A stretch of 64,000 bases of DNA from contig CALXXF010000001.1 in the NCBI GenBank assembly GCA_944392615.1, positions 48,569-112,568 of the forward strand, written 5' to 3'. Below are positions 51,675 through 61,184 of this stretch, one piece after another (positions within the stretch are counted from its first letter, which is position 1; each line of letters begins with the position of its first letter). Below the pieces are notes generated by a model. It was not told the origin of the DNA. It did no database searches and saw only the letters and a list, made by a program, of their open reading frames with translations. The stretch is from an uncultured Clostridia bacterium (GTDB lineage Bacteria > Bacillota > Clostridia > Oscillospirales > CAG-272). The translations under genes and the position numbers were made by a program.

Positions 51675-54560
51675 ATGAAGATTGACGACAGAATAAACGG
51701 CTTTATTGTTAAGAAGGTCACAAAAGTTTCCGAAATCGATGCACAGGCTTACGAAATGGAGCACGAAAAGAGCGGGGCGCGTCTCTTGTGGCTTGACAGA
51801 AAGGATACCAACAAGACATTTGCAATATCCTTTAAGACTCTTCCGGAAAATGATACCGGTGTGTTCCATATACTTGAGCACTCAGTGCTCAACGGTTCGG
51901 CAAAGTACCCGGTAAAAGAGCCGTTTGTACATCTGCTTAGAGGCTCTCTCAACACATTCCTCAACGCCTTTACTTTTCCCGACAAAACAATGTATCCTGT
52001 CGCAAGCAGAAACGATAAGGATTTCATGAATCTTGTTGATGTTTATCTTGACGCCGTCTTCAATCCCGCCATATACCAAAAGCCCGATATATTTTATCAG
52101 GAAGGGTGGCACTACGAGCTGCGCTCAAAAGATGAACAGCCGCTTTTCAAGGGAGTTGTTTTCAATGAGATGAAAGGCTCTCTTGCCTCTGCGGACTCTG
52201 TCCTGTATACAGAAATGGACAGGGTCTTATACAGGGATACTGTGTATAAATACTGCTCAGGAGGGGACCCGGAACACATACCGGAACTGACGTATGAGCA
52301 TTTCATAGAGATGCATAAAAAATACTATCATCCTTCAAACTCGTATATATGCCTCGATGGAAGCATAGACATAGATGCCGTTCTTGCCAAAATAGACGGT
52401 TTTTTGTCGGTGTACGACAGAAGCAGTGCGGATTTTACTATAGATGCTCAGCCTCCGCGTGGCTACAGCGAGTCCACTGTATATTATGAAATAAATCCAG
52501 GCGATGAAAAGGACGAAAAGACAGAGCTCCTGTTTGGCTACCTGTGCTCGGATTTCAACGACAAGGAGCGCATTACTGCGCTCAAGGTCATATCAGATGT
52601 TCTGACAGGAAGCAATTTTTCTCCTCTTACCAAAAGAATAACCGAGTCGGGTCTTGCGAAAAACATAAATATATATGTGAGTGAAGGAATATACCAGCCG
52701 TATGTGTCTGTAAGTGTCGACGATACAGATCCTGAAAAGATAGAAGATATAAAAAAAGCCATACGCGAAGAGCTTGAAAGAGCCGTTGAAAACGGGCTTG
52801 ACAGGGAAGAGCTTACCGCATCGATAAACTCCATGGAGTACAGGGCGCTTGCGCGCGATTCTTCAAATTCGGTAGGACTCAACCAGATCTTGAGCGTAAT
52901 GGATTCTTGGCTTTACGGCGGTGATCCGCTGCTGTTCCTTGAAAATATGCCGACCTACAGGCGTCTCAGGGAGCTTATGGCTACTGATTATTACGAAAAT
53001 CTTATAAAGGAAACATTTCTCGAAAGCAAGCACAGCGCGCTTGTCGTTGCACTTCCTTCCGATACTCTCGGAGCGGAAAGGAAAAAGGCGGAAGAAGATA
53101 AGCTCGCGCGATACAAGGCATCTCTCACCTCTGAGGAAACCGATGCCCTTATTGAGCTCAACAGAAAGCTGTCTGAATGGCAGGAGGCTCCCGACCTGCC
53201 TGAAAATGTTGCCAAGCTTCCGTCTCTCCGTCTTTCCGATGTTGAAAAATTACCTGAAGATACAGCAACATCTGTCTGCCAGAGGTCAGGTGCTGTAATT
53301 CTTTCGCATGACATAAAGACGCGCGGCGTGGTTTATACCAATCTTTATTTTAATGTCAGCGAGCCTGACCCTGAAAAATTGTCGCTTATATCTTTTACAG
53401 CTGCTCTCCTCGGAGAACTCGGAACTGCATCGCACACAGGTCTTGAGCTTACGAAACTGGTAAGGACAAACCTCGGATATCTCAATATATACACCTCAAC
53501 TTCTTCAAGACCTGGGCAGAGTGAAAAGAGCAGTGTCTATCTGACGGTGAACTGCGGCGCGCTTGAAGCCAATTCCTGTCATGTGGCAGAAATAATAAAC
53601 GAAATACTTCATACCACAGATTTTTCGGATATAGCTACGATCAGGACGATCCTCAAGCAGCAAAAGGCAGGCATGGAGAGAGATATTGCCGGAAACGGGC
53701 GCGATTTCGGTATAAAGAGAGTAAGCGCCCATAATTCGAGTGAAGGCGTTTCTGTAGAGTATTTGTCGGGATATGAATATTACCGTTGGCTGAAAAAATA
53801 CGAAAACGCCCCGGATAACTCACTTGCAGCCATTATGGAAGAGGCGGCGGCAATGCTCGGCAAAATACTTGCAAAGTCACGTCTTACCATGAGTATCACC
53901 GGAAATGGAAATATCATTTCCGACGCCATACTTGAAAAACTTTCCGACGCGGAAAAAACGGACAATGAAATTGCTTATCCGCTGATGACCGGAAGTAATG
54001 AAGGTATAGAGGTACCTGTAGGCGTTTCTTTCGCTGAAATGGGACTTGATATAAAGAGCGCCGGAAGTGGACTTTCAGATATGTGGTATGTCGTCTCAAA
54101 GCTGCTTTCTCTGACGTATTTATGGGACAGTATCAGGGTTCAGGGTGGCGCATACGGAACAGGAGTATCGTATCGCGATAACGGGGAATTTGTTTTTTCA
54201 TCCTACCGCGACCCGAACCCTGCAAGGTCTCTGGACATATATAAAAATTCCTCAGCTTTTCTCCGTGATTTCTGTACGGGAGGCGAGGACCTGACTCCCA
54301 TAATAATAGGCACTATATCGGGACTCTCGCCGCTTTATACACCAAGGTCTCAGGCCAGAGCGGCGGATATCCGTTACCTCAAGGGAGTGAGCTATGAGGA
54401 CAGAGTAAAGACCAGAACGACAGTTCTCGAAACTACCAAAGAGAAACTGCTTGAATTATGCGGTATTCTCGATTCTGTTTCGCAGAGTCACATATGTGTG
54501 GTTGCAAATAAAAACGCACTTTCTCAGTGTCCGGATGTCAAAACGGTAAACGGACTCTGA
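51675..54560 (+). CDS. M16C-family zinc peptidase (presequence-protease-like insulinase)
   Basis: HxxEH motif (HILEHSVLNGS) and four M16 half-domains. About 960 aa. Confidence 0.85.
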   Translation: MKIDDRINGFIVKKVTKVSEIDAQAYEMEHEKSGARLLWLDRKDTNKTFAISFKTLPENDTGVFHILEHSVLNGSAKYPVKEPFVHLLRGSLNTFLNAFTFPDKTMYPVASRNDKDFMNLVDVYLDAVFNPAIYQKPDIFYQEGWHYELRSKDEQPLFKGVVFNEMKGSLASADSVLYTEMDRVLYRDTVYKYCSGGDPEHIPELTYEHFIEMHKKYYHPSNSYICLDGSIDIDAVLAKIDGFLSVYDRSSADFTIDAQPPRGYSESTVYYEINPGDEKDEKTELLFGYLCSDFNDKERITALKVISDVLTGSNFSPLTKRITESGLAKNINIYVSEGIYQPYVSVSVDDTDPEKIEDIKKAIREELERAVENGLDREELTASINSMEYRALARDSSNSVGLNQILSVMDSWLYGGDPLLFLENMPTYRRLRELMATDYYENLIKETFLESKHSALVVALPSDTLGAERKKAEEDKLARYKASLTSEETDALIELNRKLSEWQEAPDLPENVAKLPSLRLSDVEKLPEDTATSVCQRSGAVILSHDIKTRGVVYTNLYFNVSEPDPEKLSLISFTAALLGELGTASHTGLELTKLVRTNLGYLNIYTSTSSRPGQSEKSSVYLTVNCGALEANSCHVAEIINEILHTTDFSDIATIRTILKQQKAGMERDIAGNGRDFGIKRVSAHNSSEGVSVEYLSGYEYYRWLKKYENAPDNSLAAIMEEAAAMLGKILAKSRLTMSITGNGNIISDAILEKLSDAEKTDNEIAYPLMTGSNEGIEVPVGVSFAEMGLDIKSAGSGLSDMWYVVSKLLSLTYLWDSIRVQGGAYGTGVSYRDNGEFVFSSYRDPNPARSLDIYKNSSAFLRDFCTGGEDLTPIIIGTISGLSPLYTPRSQARAADIRYLKGVSYEDRVKTRTTVLETTKEKLLELCGILDSVSQSHICVVANKNALSQCPDVKTVNGL

Positions 54561-54590
54561 TATTTTGCAGCTTTTGAAAGGAGAATTATA

Positions 54591-55058
54591 ATGCTTGAAG
54601 CTGGAACAAAGGCGCCGGATTTTACGCTTACCGATAAAAAAGGGCAGAGCGTAAGTCTTTCGGATTTCTCCGGGCAAAAGGTAGTCGTTTATTTCTACCC
54701 AAAGGACAATACACCTGGGTGCACACGTCAGGCATGCGCTTTCGCTTCTGATTTCGGAAAATACGGAGAGATGGGCGTGAATGTCATAGGAATAAGCCGC
54801 GATACCGTACAATCTCATGTCAGATTTGCCGAAAAATATTCACTTCCATTTATCCTTCTCAGTGACCCGGAACTTGATGCGATAAAGAAGTATGATGTTT
54901 GGAAGGAAAAAAAGCTTTACGGCAAGGTTAGCTTCGGAGTCGTACGTACGACATACCTCATAGATGAAAACGGTATAATAGAAAAAGTATGGAAAAACGT
55001 GAAGCCAGATACCAATTCTCAAGACATTATCGGATATCTTGAGGGGATCAGGGGCTGA
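54591..55058 (+). CDS. bcp: Thiol peroxidase Bcp/PrxQ
   Basis: YFYPKDNTPGCTRQACAF. Confidence 0.9.
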   Translation: MLEAGTKAPDFTLTDKKGQSVSLSDFSGQKVVVYFYPKDNTPGCTRQACAFASDFGKYGEMGVNVIGISRDTVQSHVRFAEKYSLPFILLSDPELDAIKKYDVWKEKKLYGKVSFGVVRTTYLIDENGIIEKVWKNVKPDTNSQDIIGYLEGIRG

Positions 55059-55280
55059 TTCATAATGAACTTGTAATAACACAAGCGCCTGCAAAAATAC
55101 GGGCGCTTATGTTATTTTCAGTTTTGTTTATTGATAAAATAACTGGTCAATTCATGTGTTTAATGTCATGACCGTCATTTTATGTTGACATGTGTGAGGG
55201 TTTATGTTAAAATCACGAGGGATGCCTGTAAATTGTCTTAAAATAATAAAGCTTGTAATACATACATTACAGGAGGAGAC

Positions 55281-56900
55281 ATGTCCTTAAAAGACTCTTT
55301 GAAAGAAAAAATATTGTGCAACAGGGCCGTGTCGGTCATGCTGAGAATTCTGTTTGCTGTTTCAACTGTTTGTTTTACATTTGTAATGTCCAGGACAGAT
55401 GACGCCTCAAAGATGTATCAGGTTTATATCGCGTTGTCTGTCAGTGCCGTCGCATCTGCTTTTATAGGCGTATTCTGTAATTTCCCTGTAAACTCGTTGA
55501 AAAAGACGTCTTTTTTTTCAGCGCTCGCCGCTCTTATAGTCGCATTCGGAGCGGTAAATTATATAAAAGATGAATTTTGGAAAAGCACTGTAGCGGTTTT
55601 CTTTCAAAACCGGTTTTCATTTGTTTCAGCAGAGTCAGCTTTTGCAGTGATCCTGTACATATTGTTTTTCTTTTTCGTTTTCCTTGTGATGAACGTCTCT
55701 GCAGCGGCGATCATAGACTATACAACTGATTTTTTTCTGGAAAGCAGCAGAGCGGAAAAGCGCTTTTTTATCACAGCGTCGGTTGTGCTTGCGATTTTTA
55801 TTTCATTTGTATATTCAAAGACAACCGGTTTCTGGTCGAGCATGGACAAGGTGTATTCGATCGATTCCAGCTACAATATAAACAATATTTTCCCCAATCT
55901 GTTCTATGCTGACATACGTCATGTGGGATTTTCGCTCATAACATTTCCGTTATACACTCTGGTCGGAATTTTCTCTTCAATATTCGGCATAGATGCTTTG
56001 ACACCGATTTTGCTGGCAGTCATAAATGCAGAGATGATACTGTTCATTACTCTCATTCTGAGAAGGCTGTCAGGCGGAAACAATTTCGTTGCGGCGCTTT
56101 ATCTTTCATCATCTCCGGTTTGGATATTTACTCTATTTATTGAAAAATATACAATCGCCGTGCTTCTGATGGTTGCGTTTGTGTACGCTGTAGAAAAGCA
56201 GAAGATATCTCACAAAACGGTGACAGGCATCTTATCTGCTGCGGCAATAAGTACGTCCTGCGTTCTTATACCTCTTTCCGCTCTTGGCGAAAAAGGTTTT
56301 AAAAATGCCGTAAAAAGGATATTTATTCTTTGCGGCGGTCTTGTGCTGCTTTTTATCGTGTCCGGACGCATAAATTATATAATCGAATCTCCTGAAATGC
56401 TCAATTCCATGAAATTCTTCACTAAAGAAGAGTTGACCTTGTTTGATAAGTTCAAGCTCACGACCGATACAATATGCTCATTGATTTTTGTGCTGCCCTT
56501 TGTAATAAAGGAGCAGGGTACGTTCTGGTGGTATCCGGAAATGGGAGATAAAATAAACTATGTCGGTCTTTGTATTCTTGTAATATGCATTATAGGTTTT
56601 CTGCTCAATTTCAGGAAGCATTCATTCAAGATATTTGCGTACTGGATACTGTTCGTTTTCTTTCTTTATATCGTTATCGGATTTTCTGTATATAACGGTC
56701 CATTGTTCGGACTGTATTTCAACTGGGCTTTTATACCGCTTTTCGTTGCCGGGACAGAAGGAATCTTCAGGCGCCACATTGCATTGTCAAGGGGTATTCT
56801 CTGTGCGGTCATAGCTGTTGCGCTTATAATGAATGTATATCATTTCGGATGTCTTTTCAGCTATATGCAGGAATATTTCCCGGTCGTTCTTGCGGCATAA
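55281..56900 (+). CDS. Polytopic membrane protein (about 13-14 TM helices), putative GT-C-fold glycosyltransferase
   Basis: 539 aa. RBS is caggagg. A DD pair lies in the first extracytoplasmic loop (SRTDDASK). Adjacent to the UbiA-family gene. The functional call is an inference. Confidence 0.6.
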   Translation: MSLKDSLKEKILCNRAVSVMLRILFAVSTVCFTFVMSRTDDASKMYQVYIALSVSAVASAFIGVFCNFPVNSLKKTSFFSALAALIVAFGAVNYIKDEFWKSTVAVFFQNRFSFVSAESAFAVILYILFFFFVFLVMNVSAAAIIDYTTDFFLESSRAEKRFFITASVVLAIFISFVYSKTTGFWSSMDKVYSIDSSYNINNIFPNLFYADIRHVGFSLITFPLYTLVGIFSSIFGIDALTPILLAVINAEMILFITLILRRLSGGNNFVAALYLSSSPVWIFTLFIEKYTIAVLLMVAFVYAVEKQKISHKTVTGILSAAAISTSCVLIPLSALGEKGFKNAVKRIFILCGGLVLLFIVSGRINYIIESPEMLNSMKFFTKEELTLFDKFKLTTDTICSLIFVLPFVIKEQGTFWWYPEMGDKINYVGLCILVICIIGFLLNFRKHSFKIFAYWILFVFFLYIVIGFSVYNGPLFGLYFNWAFIPLFVAGTEGIFRRHIALSRGILCAVIAVALIMNVYHFGCLFSYMQEYFPVVLAA

Positions 56901-56977
56901 GCTTTGGGACTTGTTTTGAGTACGGGCGGTGATAGAGTGAACAACAGACGCAAGCATTTAATTTTAAACCGGAATTA

Positions 56978-57901
56978 TTGTCTTTGGATATTATGAATAA
57001 ATCTTTTTTCAGTAAAATAAAAAGTTACATAAAACTCATACGCCCACATCACTGTATAAAAAATTTTCTCGTTTTTCTGCCGGTGATGTTTTCGGGTGAT
57101 CTTCTTAAGGACGGTAATCTTTTCCGTTGCATTATCGGATTTGCCGCGTTCTCCCTGCTTTCATTCTCGGTATACGTTTTGAACGATATAAAGGATGTTG
57201 AAAATGACAAAAGGCATTCTGTCAAGAGAAATCGGCCTATAGCGTGCGGCGCGGTCTCAATTCCGGAAGCAGTTGTAATAGCTGTTCTTCTGATTGTCGC
57301 ATCGGCTGCAGTCGCGGCGTTTTTTCTCACAGATATAGCGCTCAAGGGCTTTTTGGTGCTCGGAGCGTATGTTATTATCAATGCTGTATACAGCTTCGGC
57401 GGAAAAAAGCTACCGGTGCTTGATGTGACTCTGCTTTCACTTGGCTTCATAATCAGAATGGTATATGGCTCTGTAGTTACCGGTACACCTATATCCGAGT
57501 GGCTGTTTCTCACAGTGCTGTCCATGTCGTATTTTCTCGGACTGGGAAAAAGAAGAGGCGAGAGTATGAGGCAGGCAGACGGAACAAGAGAGGTTCTTCG
57601 CTTCTACAACAAAAATTTTTTTGACAAATTCATGTATGTTTTTATGGGGCTTTCCATAGCTTTTTATTCTCTATGGGCCGTCTCTGTCTCACAGGAAGGG
57701 CAGAAAGGCATGTCTCTTTTCATTTGGACGGTTCCTGTTGTGATAGTGATTTGCATGAAATACAGCCTTGATATAGAGTCAGGCGGAGACGGCGATCCCG
57801 TTGAAGTGGTTTTTTCCGATAAAATACTCATTGCACTTATATGTCTTTACGCTCTTTCCGCTCTCGGTATAATTTATCTCCCAGGTTACTTGCACATATG
57901 A
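56978..57901 (+). CDS. UbiA-family prenyltransferase, decaprenyl-phosphate phosphoribosyltransferase (DPPR synthase)-like
   Basis: IRPHHCIKNFLVFLPVMFSG (compare the DPPR-synthase N-terminal motif) and the Asp-rich NDIKDVENDKRH motif. Confidence 0.75.
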   Translation: MSLDIMNKSFFSKIKSYIKLIRPHHCIKNFLVFLPVMFSGDLLKDGNLFRCIIGFAAFSLLSFSVYVLNDIKDVENDKRHSVKRNRPIACGAVSIPEAVVIAVLLIVASAAVAAFFLTDIALKGFLVLGAYVIINAVYSFGGKKLPVLDVTLLSLGFIIRMVYGSVVTGTPISEWLFLTVLSMSYFLGLGKRRGESMRQADGTREVLRFYNKNFFDKFMYVFMGLSIAFYSLWAVSVSQEGQKGMSLFIWTVPVVIVICMKYSLDIESGGDGDPVEVVFSDKILIALICLYALSALGIIYLPGYLHI

Positions 57902-57935
57902 TACGTGTTGATTAATGTCTTACAGGAGCTGAATC

Positions 57936-58496
57936 ATGAATGTTTACGATTTTGACGGAACAATCTACGACGGAGACAGCACAGTCGATTTTTATCTGTT
58001 CAGCTTATTGCGCCATCCTTCATTATTGCGCTTCTTTCCGGTTCAGACTGCCGCGTATTTTAAGTATCTGTGCGGATTTTGTACAAAAGAAGCGGCAAAG
58101 GAAGAATTTTATTCATACTTTTCCGGACTTTGTGATATACAGCGCGAGGTCGGGCTCTTCTGGGATAGGAATTACAGAAAAATAAAGCATTTTTACTTGA
58201 AAAGACATAGACCGGATGACGTTGTAATATCAGCATCGGGCAGATTCCTTTTGTCTGATATATGCAAGAGGTTAGGTATAAGGCGCCTTATAGCGTCAGA
58301 GGTGGATATCAAAACCGGTCATCTCCTTTCTCCGAACTGTCACGGAACTGAAAAATTAAAACGTTTAAAACAGGAATATCCCGGCGAAATAATAGATGAA
58401 TTTTATTCTGATTCGCTTTCTGATGAGCCCCTGGCAAAGGCTGCCCGCGCTGCCTACATGGTTAAAAAAAACCGGATATCAAGGTGGAAAGTATAG
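57936..58496 (+). CDS. HAD-IB family phosphatase
   Basis: MNVYDFDGTIYDGDS (DxDxT). 186 aa. Confidence 0.75.
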   Translation: MNVYDFDGTIYDGDSTVDFYLFSLLRHPSLLRFFPVQTAAYFKYLCGFCTKEAAKEEFYSYFSGLCDIQREVGLFWDRNYRKIKHFYLKRHRPDDVVISASGRFLLSDICKRLGIRRLIASEVDIKTGHLLSPNCHGTEKLKRLKQEYPGEIIDEFYSDSLSDEPLAKAARAAYMVKKNRISRWKV

Positions 58497-58734
58497 ATGT
58501 TGCACTGTTCCCAACAGGCTGCATATCCTGTTGTATGCGGAATGAAGATAATGCAGAGTGTAAGAATATATTTATTGCACTGTTTAGTGTTTTTTGCCAG
58601 GATTTTTTCTTATTTTACATTGCAGAAAATTTTACAGTATAGAGAAAAAATATCCAAGCTTGCAAATACGTTCAGCCACTTATGCATAGAGACTACCCGC
58701 ATATATATTATGACAACTGGAACCGAGCGCAGGA

Positions 58735-58770
58735 AAAAGAGAGCGACAACTTGAGTCGCTCTCTTTTTTT
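58735..58770. terminator. Bidirectional rho-independent terminator (gagagcgac..gtcgctctc, flanked by an A-run and a T-run)
   Basis: Read directly from the sequence. Confidence 0.75.
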
Positions 58771-58797
58771 GTCAGATATAAGTTTCAACTATCAGTC

Positions 58798-59352
58798 TCA
58801 TTTCTTCTCAATCAGAAAAACAAACGGAGAAGAAGGGGAGTTTACTATTCTGAGCCCGGTTATGCAAAAGCTTTTTCTGTCATACGATGACAGCATTTCT
58901 TCAAGCATCCTTCCTTCTACAGCTCCTTCTTCATGTCCGGGATATACTGCTACTGTAATGCAGCCGGAGTGCTCAAGCAGCAGAGACGCCGCCTTTACCG
59001 CTTCCAGTGTCGTTTCGTGAAGAGTGGTTACGCTCTTGTCGGATCCCGGAAGGTAGCCGAGATTGAACATTCCCACGCGGAATGAGCCTTCTTTTATATA
59101 GTCCTTGGCTCTGTGATGTGAGTCCTTTATAAGCGTATAGTTACGGGGTGCATTGTGCTCGCTCAAAAGCCTTTCGGTCGAGGCAAGCGCTTTTTCCTGT
59201 ATATCAAACGCATATACTTTGCCGTCGGGACCCACAGACCTTGATAAAAAAAGTGTGTCGTTTCCGTTCCCCATTGTGAAATCAACGGCTGTACAACCGC
59301 GGACAAGGTGGCTCAGTATAAAGTGTTTCTCGGTATCAAGAAGATCAAGCAT
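58798..59352 (-). CDS. Putative rRNA methylase (YtqB-like class I SAM-dependent methyltransferase)
   Basis: GCTAVDFTMGNGNDTLFLS...VYAFDIQ. Confidence 0.7.
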   Translation of the reverse strand: MLDLLDTEKHFILSHLVRGCTAVDFTMGNGNDTLFLSRSVGPDGKVYAFDIQEKALASTERLLSEHNAPRNYTLIKDSHHRAKDYIKEGSFRVGMFNLGYLPGSDKSVTTLHETTLEAVKAASLLLEHSGCITVAVYPGHEEGAVEGRMLEEMLSSYDRKSFCITGLRIVNSPSSPFVFLIEKK

Positions 59353-59565
59353 CTGTTTTCTCCTGTTTTCCAGTGTTTTTTGTCATATTTCAAAAAACTT
59401 GCCTTACTCAGGTTATGGTATTTCTCCATCGGCAAGAGAGTCTTTTCTCATATCTTTGGCTTTTATTTTTCTTTTATCATGGTATGAACGTGCAAAGCTT
59501 TTGCGGTATGAAGCAAACACACCTATGGGACCTCGGTTACCGTAATATGCATAAGACTCGGATTC

Positions 59566-61098
59566 TTATTTCCCGACGCAGAACCTGTGAAATATATTAT
59601 CTACTATCTCTTCGCTTATTTTTCTTCCGTCTGTTTCGCCGAGGCAGCACAGCGCCTCCTCAATATCAAGTCCTGCTATGTCTGCGCTCATTCCTTCATT
59701 AAGAGCTGTGAGAGCTCTTTCAAGACTTTCAGACGTGCGCATCAGTAAGGCGTTCTGACGCGCGTTAGCGGTCACTGCCGTCGTGTTGTAATCTATTTCT
59801 CCCGATTTGAATAATTCCTTCACTGCAGACTCAAGAAGGTCGATTCCGTCGCCGGTTTCGGCGGATATAACTATGCTTTTGTCAAACAATGAGGAAAGGG
59901 AAGAGTAAACTTCGCTCTGCTCGGTGTTCACAACGTCAGACTTATTGAAAAGGGCTATTTTAGGTACGGTGTATCTCTTCATATTCTGTGAAAACAAAAT
60001 ATCGTCGTCATCAAGAGGTGCCGAGAGATCGAACATAGCAAATATGAGTTCCGCATTTTCCAGAGCACTGACCGAGCGTTCTATTCCTATTTTTTCTATT
60101 TCGTCCCCCGCGTAATTTCTTATGCCCGCCGTATCCACCAAACGCAGCATAACTCCCCCGAAGTACGCCTTTTCCTCTATATAGTCCCGCGTTGTCCCCG
60201 CTATCGGACTTACTATAGCTCTGTTTTCTCCAAGTATGCGGTTGAGCAGTGATGATTTCCCCGTGTTGGGCTTTCCCGCCACAACGGTATATATTCCGTT
60301 TTTGACGGCGCGTCCTATGCGATACGAGTCAGACAGGGCACGAACATCCTTTGCAGCGGTTGAAAGGCGATTTCTGAACTCATCAGCTGAAAGCTCTCGG
60401 AGGTCTTCATCCGGATAGTCCGCTACCACATACGTCTCGCTCAGCAGTGTCAGCAGGGAGTTGTATATTCCGTCTACGGCTCTTGAAAACACACCGCTCT
60501 TGTGAGAACGTGCGAGTTTTAATTGCTCATCTGTTTCTGCGTCTATCAGGTCTATGACAGCTTCCGCCTGGCTCAGGGATATTTTTCCGTTTATAAATGC
60601 ACGTTTTGTAAACTCGCCTGCGGCGGCGTATTCAGCTCCCGCCGCTATTGCGGCTGCGAGGACCTTCTCCGGTATAAGCACACCTCCGTGGCATGACAAT
60701 TCTACCGTGTCCTCTCCTGTGTATGAGTGGGGCTTTCTGAACACTGTGGCTATGCCGTCATCTATAAATTCTCCGTCAGGGAAAACGATCGAACCGTATA
60801 CAGCCCGATAGCCCTCAATATTTTCAAGGGTCCGGGAATTTCTTTTTGGCTCTGTACGTGTTTTCACAGTGTCTTCATCTTTGTTTTGAGTCGCATAATT
60901 TATGTTTTCTTCCTTCACGTAGTGCTGTGACGAATCTTCAGTGGTTTTTTCTGCTTTTCCGGCACTTATAAATATACGGCTTGCTACATTGACGGCATCT
61001 TCTCCGGATATCCGTATAACTGCTATGCCGCCGCGTCCGTACGGGGTGGATACGGCGGCTATGGTGCTTGAAAAATCAGGAGTCGAAGCATTTTTCAT
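59566..61098 (-). CDS. mnmE: tRNA modification GTPase MnmE/TrmE with an insertion of about 50 aa in the N-terminal domain
   Basis: TIAAVSTPYGRGGIAVIRISG..., a G-domain (GKPNTGKSSLLN), and a C-terminal CxGK (CVGK). The start was refined inside ORF 59566-61140. Confidence 0.9.
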   Translation of the reverse strand: MKNASTPDFSSTIAAVSTPYGRGGIAVIRISGEDAVNVASRIFISAGKAEKTTEDSSQHYVKEENINYATQNKDEDTVKTRTEPKRNSRTLENIEGYRAVYGSIVFPDGEFIDDGIATVFRKPHSYTGEDTVELSCHGGVLIPEKVLAAAIAAGAEYAAAGEFTKRAFINGKISLSQAEAVIDLIDAETDEQLKLARSHKSGVFSRAVDGIYNSLLTLLSETYVVADYPDEDLRELSADEFRNRLSTAAKDVRALSDSYRIGRAVKNGIYTVVAGKPNTGKSSLLNRILGENRAIVSPIAGTTRDYIEEKAYFGGVMLRLVDTAGIRNYAGDEIEKIGIERSVSALENAELIFAMFDLSAPLDDDDILFSQNMKRYTVPKIALFNKSDVVNTEQSEVYSSLSSLFDKSIVISAETGDGIDLLESAVKELFKSGEIDYNTTAVTANARQNALLMRTSESLERALTALNEGMSADIAGLDIEEALCCLGETDGRKISEEIVDNIFHRFCVGK

Positions 61099-61184
61099 TT
61101 GTTTCACTCTTTCATGACCCTCTTTTTTTCCGGTTCTCATGCGGTTCAGTGTTGCCTACTGCTGCCGTTCCGGAATTCTTGCTT

